12,377 bases of DNA from Deinococcales bacterium (lineage in GTDB: Bacteria; Deinococcota; Deinococci; Deinococcales; JAAFIG01), in assembly GCA_043778225.1 (NCBI GenBank), contig JAYWGM010000102.1, forward strand, positions 1 to 12,377, written 5' to 3'. Under the pieces are notes generated by a model that saw nothing but the letters and a program-made list of their open reading frames with translations, had not been told where the DNA came from and ran no database searches. Positions 1 through 8,126 of the stretch are shown here, piece by piece; position 1 is the stretch's first letter; every line of letters starts with the position of its first letter. A program made the translations under genes and the position numbers.

Positions 1-241
1 GTGCCAACTGCCACTTCGCCCTTGGCGCTCCAAGTGCTGTTTTTAAGCCTCCCAGACAAATTTAGTCGCACCGCTTGGCGCTCGAATTGGGTATTCTCGA
101 GCTTGGTCTTGAATGTCAGTGTGTCATTTTTCCAAGTTGCCTCGAGTATACCCAATTCGAGCGCCAAGCGGTGCGACTAAATTTGTCTGGGAGGCTTAAA
201 AACAGCACTTGGAGCGCCAAGGGCGAAGTGGCAGTTGGCAC
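1..241. repeat. Long inverted repeat / fold-back (arms 1-101 and 141-241, 39-nt loop 102-140); probable chimeric contig start
   Basis: 1-94 is the exact reverse complement of 148-241. After one mismatch (95/147), CTCGAG 96-101 pairs with CTCGAG 141-146. Both arms are coding sequence of the TamB-like gene. Confidence 0.95.
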
Positions 242-3200
242 AAGCCGCTCGAGTTTTGAGGCTTCAGAAACTGGTATCCGAGCGCCAAAACTCGATTTGG
301 ATTTGCGTTTAGCACGGCTTTTGGGCTTAGATTTAAATGGACGAATCCTCGGGCAACTCGAGCTTCCAAAATACCAACTCGGGCAACTCGAGGCGGACTT
401 AAAAATTCAAAAAGCAACAGGTTTTGGCGTATCTGCCGATGGATTTTTCCAAGCCAGCCAAGGAAAAATTGTTACCGATTTGCGCGGTCAGACTCCGCTT
501 AATCTCGAGTACAGCTTGATTGGGGCAGTTTACCCAAACCTTAATCTGGCGCTGCAACTCGGGCAACTCAAGGGGCAAGTTTTAGGTAGTCGGCTCGAGT
601 TTACCGACCGCAACCTCAGTCTGGCTTTGGCGGGTCGTTACCTCGAGAAAAGCACCAGTCTCAAAGCCGAAATAAAAGGCGACCAAGTTCGCGCCGAAGC
701 CACTTGGGATGCTGCCCAACTCGAGGCAAGTGGCGAAATCTCGAACTTAAAGGCTTTAGGAACTGTAAAAATAGCTGATTTACAAGGTTTGGCTGGAGTG
801 GCGGGCAGTGCCAGTGCCAAACTCGAGTACAACAACAGTGTGCTAAGTATCTCGAGTATTCTTGCCAAGGCAGCAGGCTTTGAAGCGACGGGCAGTGCCA
901 AATTTGCCGCTGGGATTTTAAGTTTTGAGCAACTCAAGCTGATTGGTGAAGATATAGAAGCTCTTGGCAGTGGGCAAATTTTACCAAAACTCGAGCTTAC
1001 TGGCAGCGCCAAAACCACTTTTGACTTTGCCCCGACGGCTTTGACGTGGCGGGCTACAGGTTCACTCGAGCAACCCAACGTGTTTGCCAATGGTAAATTA
1101 TTGGCTGCCAAACTCGGTTTGATTGCGCCAGATACCACCATCGAAGCTCAGTTCAATGGCAAGTCATGGCGCTTACAATTATCAGGAGAAGCCCTCTCGG
1201 GGGTTGCCGAAGGCGGGCTGAGTTTTGTCTCGAGCGCTAATTTTCGCGTGGCTGCACCAATTATTTTTGAGGACAACCGTTTGAACGCCAAAGGCAACCT
1301 TGCTTGGAATACGCAAAATGGTTTTTCGGGCGGTCTGGGTATTCTTGGGCAGCTTTTTGGACAAGCTGGCGAACTTAAAATTATTGGCAAACAAGAACTC
1401 GAGGTCAACAGCACATGGCGTGATTTGAAACTTCGTGCCACCCTGCCAAGCCAAATCGGGGCAGAACTCGAGGCAAAACTCGAACTCGAGCGTTTGGATT
1501 TGGGGGCGTTGTATGGCAAACCCAAAGCCATTTTTCTCGAGGGCAGTGGACTGGCAAGTGGGCAGTGGGCAAATCCAGAACTTGTGTTTACGGGTTTGCT
1601 GGTCAGTGCCGATACGCTGCTTGATGCTGAGTTGCAATTACAGTATGGCAAAGGAAAAGCCGATTTCAACCTGATGGGTAAAAACCTGCGCGGCAATGGA
1701 ACTTGGGCAAATGGAACTTGGCAAGCCGTGGCTGAGCTTAAAAAAATCGCCCTCGAGCCTTATGTGCCACTGCCTAAGGAACTCGAGCAACCGATTGTCT
1801 CAGGGGCGTTGACGGCTTCAGGAAACGCTACAATATGGCAAGTCAGCAGTAACTTTGATGCCACGGCTCAGGTCGCCATGGTAGGTGCAGTGCGCCTGAC
1901 TGGCAGTGCCAAACTAATGCCAGAGCGCCTACAAACCGCTTTACAACTCGAGGCATTGGGTGGCAATAGCCGCCTGCAAGTTGAAGTTCAAAATCCGCTC
2001 GAGACCGAAAAAGCCATAATTTTACTCAAGGCTGACTTACAAAAAATCGATGTTACCAAACTCAAGGATTTGCAACTGCGCGGTTTGGTTTCTGGGGGCT
2101 TGACGATCAAAGGCAAATTACTCGACCCAAATGTCAATGCCGATTTAACCCTCGAGAAGGTAGGTCTGAGCAGCCAAGATTGGTCGGTCTCGAGCAACCT
2201 CCAAGCCTCGGGGCGATTACTCAATCCTAGCCTGAGTGGCAAAGCGGTTTTATCAGGCAGTGGCGCTGGCAGTTTTGATTGGGTGACTTCTGAGGTGCTG
2301 TCTGATGCCCCCAAAATTCTTTGGGACGGGAGTGCTAAAATCCCATTGGGCAGCGCTCAAGGGCGACTGGAGGGCGCACTACCAAATTTAGCTGGCAAAC
2401 TCGAATTGGTCATCCCACAACTTCCCGAGACCATCGAGATTATAGCGTCTGGCGATGGCACATACCAAGTCAGTAGCAGCAATTTTGCCAACGGCACGGT
2501 CAAGCTAAAAACCCAAAATTCGTGGCTCGAGGGTGCTTTGACTGGTCTGATTCGGGTCAAGACCAATACCGATATTTTTGTGCAGGGCGTGTCCGCCTCG
2601 GTGCTGGGCGATGTACGCTTGGCAGGCACAGTCCAAAATCCGCTGGTCAGTCTCGAGGAAACCCGCCTGATTCGAGCCGATGGCACAGTGCTGGCGGCTG
2701 GGTCAGTTTATCCAAAACTCGATTTACGTGGCACAGCCGAGAGTCAGCTTGAATTTGCCCCAGCTAAGCTCGAGTACCGCTTAGCTGGTTCGTTTGAAAA
2801 ACCAAAGCTAGAGGTTTCTGGGGTGTTAGGCACAGCCCAAGTCGGTCTGATTGCCCCAAATACCCAACTCCAAGCCAGTTTTGATGGTGCAAAGTGGCGC
2901 TTGAATTTGCGCGGCGAAGCCATTTCAGGCGTTCTCGAGGGCGATTTAAGCAGTCTGGCTCGAGTCGAGCTTGCCTTAAATGCACCGATTTTATACAACG
3001 ACACCAGCCTGACGGCACTGGGCAATTTGGCATGGGACAACAACCTTGGTTTTGCTGGCAGCCTAAACTTGCAAGGGCAGTTATTTGGTCAAAACACCAA
3101 GCTCGAGCTTGTTGGACAAAATCAACTTTTGGCAAAATTAAATTGGAAAAATGGGGTTTTACGGGCTTCATTGCCTAGTCCGACCTCAGAAAAATTGGTT

Positions 3201-6200
3201 GCTTCATGGGATTTTGAACGTTTTGACCTTGGCGCGTGGTGGCAAAAACCAGACCAACTTTGGATTGCTGGGGCTGGAAAAGCAACTGGCAGATGGATAA
3301 ATCCCGAATTGGTTTTTGATGGGAGGTTAGAAAGTCTGGATGGCTCGCTGGACTCGAGCCTGAATGCCAGTTATCTGGCAGGGCTGATAAAAGCAAAATT
3401 ATCGGGCGCAAAAACCAAAATCGAAGGGCAATACAAAAACGAAGTCTGGAATGCCAAGGGCAGCCTCGAAAAAGTCGTACTGAATGCCTTACCGACCAAT
3501 CTGGTTAAAGAACTCGAGACCAGCCTCAACTTTGTGGCAAGTGGCAACCCGCAGGGTTTAGAAATCAGCCTAACAAAACTCGAGGCTAAGGGCAAACTCG
3601 AAACCATTGGCGAATTTAGCGCCAGTGCGACCGCCATAAAAACCGATTTAGAAGCTAGGCTCGAGGTCAATAATCTGGCAGTCATGGCACTTGGCGGGCA
3701 AGCAAAATTGGACGGTCAGCTTGCGGGGCAATTACAACTCGGTCTCGAAAAACTAAACCTCGAGCCATTGGGGCTGCAAGGGCTGGTTTCGGGCAACTTT
3801 GACTTGACTGGGAAACTTTTTAATCCGTCGGTCTCGGGGAATCTCCAAGCCTCTGGACTTGGTTTAGCGAACCAAAAATGGTCTGTGGATTCAGAACTCG
3901 AGGTCAGCCGCGAATTATTCAATCCAGCCCTATCTGGAACGCTTTTGTTCAAAGGAACGGGCAGTGGAAAAGTGGCGATTAAGGCTTCTGAGCTTTTCTC
4001 GAGCCGTCCAAATTTGGTCTTAGATGGCGCAGTTCAACTGCCCTTTTTAAGCGCCAAAGGCAATTTAGCTGGGCGTTTTCCAGACTTGCTTGGCTTACTC
4101 GAGATAACCCTGCCAACTGCGCCCTTGGCACTGCGTCAGGTACAACTCGAGGGCATCGGAAAAAATCAATTTCGCGTGGTGGTACAAAAAGTGCTGCAAG
4201 GACAACTCGAGTTGACCAGCGCCAAGACCTTGCTCGAGACTGGGCTGGGTGGTGAGTTTAGTGTCAATGCACCGCTCGAGACCAGTCTAGCGGGTCTGGT
4301 GGCTGGGGCAGATGGCAATTTACAAGGACAAGGGCAAATTTCGGGGACGCTCCAAGCCCCTAAAGTTAGTCTGATTGGCAGCTTAAAGTCGGCTGGTCTA
4401 GCAGGTGTTCAACTTGGCAATGCCAGCCTCAAGGCAAACTATGACGGCAACATCAGCGCCTTTTTAGATTTTGAGGGCGGTCAGTTAAAACTCGAGTCCG
4501 ACCGCCTTACTGCCAGCAATCTACCGCTCGAGGTGGCTGGAATCAGGGCGGCGGTCAATATCTCGGGAAGAACTGCACCATTTGATTTGAACTTCTCGGG
4601 TCTTGTGTCTGGTCTGGCAACGGGTAGCCTTGAGGGTCGCTTGGTCGGCGAACAGCTTGGCTTAAAACTCGATTTGAACTCAAGTGGGGTGCGTTTGACG
4701 GGTACTGCCAACGCCAGTCCAAACAATGGCTGGGGCGGACAAATCAATTTATTTGGCTTACCCAAAGCTGCGCCAATTTCTGGGAAAACCCTGACTGGCA
4801 CAGCCCAATTTGCACTGTCTGGGGCATTTGCTGCTCCGCGTATTGCGGGTACTGGCGATGTTTACGGCGCAAAATTTGCCGTTGGTGGCAGCCTTAGCCC
4901 ACTCTCAGCTAACCTAGAATTGCTCGAGGCTGGTTCTGGCAGTCTGCGACTCGAGGACAACAGCCTGTTCGGTACAATTATTTATCAAGACCAAGCCCTC
5001 AAACTCGAGCTTACTGCCAGTGGGTCTTTGAGTATTCCCGGGGCAGACTTTAAGTTTGGGGTTGGTCAGCTTCGTGCCGATGGCAAGGTCAGGCTCGAGA
5101 ATAACGCCGTCAGTGCAGCTTTTGACCTGACCGACGGCAACCAAAAAGGGCGTTTTCGATTTGAAGATGGGCGGATTATTGGGGAAGTCAAGAATCTATC
5201 GCTGGATAGTTCTGGATTGGCTGGCTACGCAGGTACACTCGACCTCGAAGCTGATTTACGCCAAGACCCAAGCAGCGACTTTGGTTGGCAGGGCAGGGCA
5301 GCAGCAGTCTGGAAAAACCTCAAGACTCCTTTGGAAATACCGACCCTTGGTTGGAAAATAGATGGCTCTGGACGCGCCACACTCAGCACAAAACCAGTGC
5401 GGGTCTTACTCGAGTACGCTGGAACGCCGGGCGTGGCGAGTGGCGACCTTGAATTTCAAAAAGGACTCTGGCAGGGCGATGTGCTGGTGGATTTACGTGG
5501 GGCAGAAGGCAAAGGCGCAGTCAAAGGCAAAATTCGAGCCGACCAAAAAGGATTCACTGGCGATTTGACAGCCCAGAATTTACCGTTGGCTTTTGAGGGT
5601 ATCCGCGCCACAGTTTCGGGTAAAGTGGATTTAACAGGCGATTCGTTTCGTTTGGACGGCAAAGGGGCAGCCCTTGGTGGCGATGTCAAACTAAGTGGTG
5701 GTGGTGGTTTGTCTGATTTGTTGCCATTGCTCGAGTCGTATACCAAAACCCAACCGGGCGACTTACCCATCAACCTGACCGCCAACTTATTTACAGTTCG
5801 TTTGCAAGACCTTGCCCAAGTTCGGGCAGTTGCACCTTATTTGCGTGGGCGGGTCAATGGAACATTAAAAATTGTGGATGACATCACTAACTTTGAGCTT
5901 ACCCAATCCGAAATTAGTCTGCCCGACCAAAACGGCAAGCGCATCACCTTGGCGGCTCGTATTAAAGGCACACTGGCGGGCAATTTAATCAATTACTCAG
6001 GTTCATTTTTGGATACCTTAAATCCAAATCCAAACTTGAGCGCCCTTTCTTTGGCGGGCATTGGCGAATCGCGTTTTACAGGGCGCTTTAATGGCAAAGT
6101 GGCGACTGGCACACTCGAGTTAAGCCGTGCGCCACTTCATGCCTTTGTGGCAAGTGTGCTTGGTGAAATGCCCGGTACTGCGCTTGCCACCGGTTTTGCC

Positions 6201-8126
6201 CGCTATGAAATTCCAATCAATAACTTGTTAGCCGCCACCGTCAAAATGGATTTTGTACCGCTCGAGATTTCGGGTGGCGGCGATACGCTAACTGGCAAAG
6301 GACGCTTAATTTATAGCAATGGCAACTTACAATTTGACAATTTAATTTTGCGCGGTAAAGGCGAGTGGCGCATTAACGGTGATTATGCCAAAGAAAAAGT
6401 GGATTTAGCGATGTCTTTTAAGGACACAGTTTTTACTCCAATTCTAGATTTATTGCCCAGCATCAAAGATTACGACCCTCGAGCCACAGGCAGTTTAGAT
6501 TTACAACTGAGTGGCAAGTACGGTGCGCCCAACGCCAAAGTCAGTCTAAAAAACTTAACCGCTTCAATCAGTGGGATTCAATTGACCGCCAAAGAATTGC
6601 TCGGCAGCCTCGAGAATGGCGCACTCGAGGTTCGTGGTGTTTTGACTTCCGACGATAGCCTTGGCGCAACTTTGGACACCACCGCCAAAGCCAAACTGAC
6701 TTCGTACACCCCAATTCAACTCGAGGACTTAGAAGCCTTGGCAACTGGCAGCCTCAATATCCGACCAATTGGTTTAATCCGCGCCATTAAAGCTCGAGCC
6801 TACGGTGATTCAGGTGGTTTTAAGCTCGACCTAACCGCCCAAAAAGGTGGTGATTTATCGTTGCGTGGCGACATCAGTCCACGAATTCAACTCAAACTCG
6901 AGGGTAAAGCACTGGTGATGCCGATTCCAGATTATTTTGTTGCCGACAGCTTACTCGATGCAATTTTGACTTTTGAAGGTGATGGCGGACGCTTTTACAA
7001 TGTTGGTGGACAACTAAATATTGCGCGTTTACAAACCCAATTGCAACAAAACAGCAGCCCAGTTGCTCCAAAACCCAGCAGCGATGCCAAGCCCAATCCG
7101 TTTTTGCAACAGGTGCGTTTTCGTGGCATCGAAGTGATTGCGCCGCAGGGCATTCGTATTTCTGAATCTTTCTCAACGCTCGAGGCTGGCGGCAAATTGG
7201 TGATTACTGGCACAATGGCAAACCCAGAACTGAGTGGCGCACTCGAGGCAGTTGGCGGCTCTGGTGGGCGCGGTACAGTTCGGCTTGGCATCAACAATTA
7301 CACCATTCAGACCGCAATGGCTGGCTTTAGTCCAATCGAAGGGATTTATCCAAGCATTGAAATTAAATCCAAAGGCGAAGTCAAAGCCTCTTGCACCACC
7401 TTGTCAACACCGATTACAAGCACTGTTTTGGCAATTCCAATTGACCTGATTATTCGGGTGCGTTGGTTATCGGACAGCAAAAATCCAAGCCTAAAACGCA
7501 TTGATGTCCAGCCGACAGTCACGGGTAACTGCCCAGACAATGGAAATTTTCGTCAACTGACCCCTGCCGAATTGTATTCTTTGGTGACCCTAGGCAGCAG
7601 CAATGCTAACCTTGGGGGCTTAGCACAGCAATCTTTAGACACGGTACTTTCGGTTTTTATTCTTGGCGAATTGACCCGACAAATTAAAGCTGCCACGGGT
7701 ATTGACATTGATTTTCGCAGCAATTTAATCGAAGTGGTGGCTCAAAACATCACCGACCCAGCCACCCAAGCGGTGATTAACTTTACGCTTAACTTTGGAA
7801 TTGACCTTTCTCGAGCCGTGCGTTTGAATGTACAAATCAACAACAACCGAATTTACACCGACCCAGAAAACCCCGATAAGCCGAGTCAGTTACTTGGTGG
7901 CGCAATCAATCTCAATTGGCAGTCCGACGATGGGCGTTTTGGAATTCGCTTTGGTACACCATTTTTCTTACCAGACCCAAAACAACAACTCAATGTTTTT
8001 GATGTTATCCAACCAGAAGCCCAATTTAGCTTTAACCTCTCCAATGCTTGGGCAATTTCAACCACCCTTGGCATTCCGGCTGGCAATAACTTTAGAGTCA
8101 CTTTTGGGGTCAGCTTTAGATTCTAA
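75..8126 (+). CDS. tamB: Giant TamB/DUF490 (AsmA-like, translocation and assembly module) envelope protein, 5'-partial. The TTG at 75 lies in the fold-back arm and is probably not the real start; reliable sequence begins at about 141-148.
   Basis: 2683-aa open frame rich in Gly/Leu with alternating beta-strand pattern and recurrent 'G(T/S)LxxPxxxG' turns. The C-terminal region (PFLQQVRF..IEVIAPQGIRI..EAGGKLVITGTMANPELSG) resembles DUF490/TamB C-termini and ends FGVSFRF. No N-terminal anchor helix is present, consistent with truncation. Family recognised by eye; no HMM was run. Confidence 0.8.
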   Translation: MALELGILELGLECQCVIFPSCLEYTQFERQAVRLNLSGRLKNSTWSAKGEVAVGTSRSSFEASETGIRAPKLDLDLRLARLLGLDLNGRILGQLELPKYQLGQLEADLKIQKATGFGVSADGFFQASQGKIVTDLRGQTPLNLEYSLIGAVYPNLNLALQLGQLKGQVLGSRLEFTDRNLSLALAGRYLEKSTSLKAEIKGDQVRAEATWDAAQLEASGEISNLKALGTVKIADLQGLAGVAGSASAKLEYNNSVLSISSILAKAAGFEATGSAKFAAGILSFEQLKLIGEDIEALGSGQILPKLELTGSAKTTFDFAPTALTWRATGSLEQPNVFANGKLLAAKLGLIAPDTTIEAQFNGKSWRLQLSGEALSGVAEGGLSFVSSANFRVAAPIIFEDNRLNAKGNLAWNTQNGFSGGLGILGQLFGQAGELKIIGKQELEVNSTWRDLKLRATLPSQIGAELEAKLELERLDLGALYGKPKAIFLEGSGLASGQWANPELVFTGLLVSADTLLDAELQLQYGKGKADFNLMGKNLRGNGTWANGTWQAVAELKKIALEPYVPLPKELEQPIVSGALTASGNATIWQVSSNFDATAQVAMVGAVRLTGSAKLMPERLQTALQLEALGGNSRLQVEVQNPLETEKAIILLKADLQKIDVTKLKDLQLRGLVSGGLTIKGKLLDPNVNADLTLEKVGLSSQDWSVSSNLQASGRLLNPSLSGKAVLSGSGAGSFDWVTSEVLSDAPKILWDGSAKIPLGSAQGRLEGALPNLAGKLELVIPQLPETIEIIASGDGTYQVSSSNFANGTVKLKTQNSWLEGALTGLIRVKTNTDIFVQGVSASVLGDVRLAGTVQNPLVSLEETRLIRADGTVLAAGSVYPKLDLRGTAESQLEFAPAKLEYRLAGSFEKPKLEVSGVLGTAQVGLIAPNTQLQASFDGAKWRLNLRGEAISGVLEGDLSSLARVELALNAPILYNDTSLTALGNLAWDNNLGFAGSLNLQGQLFGQNTKLELVGQNQLLAKLNWKNGVLRASLPSPTSEKLVASWDFERFDLGAWWQKPDQLWIAGAGKATGRWINPELVFDGRLESLDGSLDSSLNASYLAGLIKAKLSGAKTKIEGQYKNEVWNAKGSLEKVVLNALPTNLVKELETSLNFVASGNPQGLEISLTKLEAKGKLETIGEFSASATAIKTDLEARLEVNNLAVMALGGQAKLDGQLAGQLQLGLEKLNLEPLGLQGLVSGNFDLTGKLFNPSVSGNLQASGLGLANQKWSVDSELEVSRELFNPALSGTLLFKGTGSGKVAIKASELFSSRPNLVLDGAVQLPFLSAKGNLAGRFPDLLGLLEITLPTAPLALRQVQLEGIGKNQFRVVVQKVLQGQLELTSAKTLLETGLGGEFSVNAPLETSLAGLVAGADGNLQGQGQISGTLQAPKVSLIGSLKSAGLAGVQLGNASLKANYDGNISAFLDFEGGQLKLESDRLTASNLPLEVAGIRAAVNISGRTAPFDLNFSGLVSGLATGSLEGRLVGEQLGLKLDLNSSGVRLTGTANASPNNGWGGQINLFGLPKAAPISGKTLTGTAQFALSGAFAAPRIAGTGDVYGAKFAVGGSLSPLSANLELLEAGSGSLRLEDNSLFGTIIYQDQALKLELTASGSLSIPGADFKFGVGQLRADGKVRLENNAVSAAFDLTDGNQKGRFRFEDGRIIGEVKNLSLDSSGLAGYAGTLDLEADLRQDPSSDFGWQGRAAAVWKNLKTPLEIPTLGWKIDGSGRATLSTKPVRVLLEYAGTPGVASGDLEFQKGLWQGDVLVDLRGAEGKGAVKGKIRADQKGFTGDLTAQNLPLAFEGIRATVSGKVDLTGDSFRLDGKGAALGGDVKLSGGGGLSDLLPLLESYTKTQPGDLPINLTANLFTVRLQDLAQVRAVAPYLRGRVNGTLKIVDDITNFELTQSEISLPDQNGKRITLAARIKGTLAGNLINYSGSFLDTLNPNPNLSALSLAGIGESRFTGRFNGKVATGTLELSRAPLHAFVASVLGEMPGTALATGFARYEIPINNLLAATVKMDFVPLEISGGGDTLTGKGRLIYSNGNLQFDNLILRGKGEWRINGDYAKEKVDLAMSFKDTVFTPILDLLPSIKDYDPRATGSLDLQLSGKYGAPNAKVSLKNLTASISGIQLTAKELLGSLENGALEVRGVLTSDDSLGATLDTTAKAKLTSYTPIQLEDLEALATGSLNIRPIGLIRAIKARAYGDSGGFKLDLTAQKGGDLSLRGDISPRIQLKLEGKALVMPIPDYFVADSLLDAILTFEGDGGRFYNVGGQLNIARLQTQLQQNSSPVAPKPSSDAKPNPFLQQVRFRGIEVIAPQGIRISESFSTLEAGGKLVITGTMANPELSGALEAVGGSGGRGTVRLGINNYTIQTAMAGFSPIEGIYPSIEIKSKGEVKASCTTLSTPITSTVLAIPIDLIIRVRWLSDSKNPSLKRIDVQPTVTGNCPDNGNFRQLTPAELYSLVTLGSSNANLGGLAQQSLDTVLSVFILGELTRQIKAATGIDIDFRSNLIEVVAQNITDPATQAVINFTLNFGIDLSRAVRLNVQINNNRIYTDPENPDKPSQLLGGAINLNWQSDDGRFGIRFGTPFFLPDPKQQLNVFDVIQPEAQFSFNLSNAWAISTTLGIPAGNNFRVTFGVSFRF
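972..4375 (+). repeat. Intragenic tandem duplication in the TamB-like gene: copy 1 about 972-2660, copy 2 about 2700-4375 (period 1728 nt = 576 aa at the 5' end)
   Basis: Three anchors share an exact 1728-nt offset: PKLEL/PKLDL (990/2718), GQLFGQ (1347/3075) and NPELVF (1572/3300). Further matches are GLIAP, GNLAW, GLVSG..GKL, WSV.S.L and GT(V/L)Q.P.VSL. Confidence 0.9.

Noticed and set aside
75..146. TTG start and Cys-rich N-terminus (LECQCVIFPSC) as a lipoprotein or metal-binding motif
   Set aside because: This is the antisense reading of the inverted segment, not a real N-terminus.
1..241. Hairpin telomere, MITE or structured ncRNA interpretation of the long inverted repeat
   Set aside because: Both arms are ordinary TamB coding sequence and the loop is in-frame coding sequence on the opposite strand. 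A fold-back chimera explains it fully.
348..572. Direct repeat CTCGGGCAACTC(G/A)AG at 348, 378 and 558
   Set aside because: In-frame LGQL(E/K) peptide repeats within beta-strands with irregular spacing; no evidence of a separate element.
1695..1721. 12-nt direct repeat AATGGAACTTGG (period 15)
   Set aside because: Small in-frame duplication (NGTW x2) in a repetitive protein.
196..8101. Numerous 64-182 aa ORFs antisense or out of frame within tamB
   Set aside because: Shadow ORFs of a long coding strand; no motifs or independent start signals.
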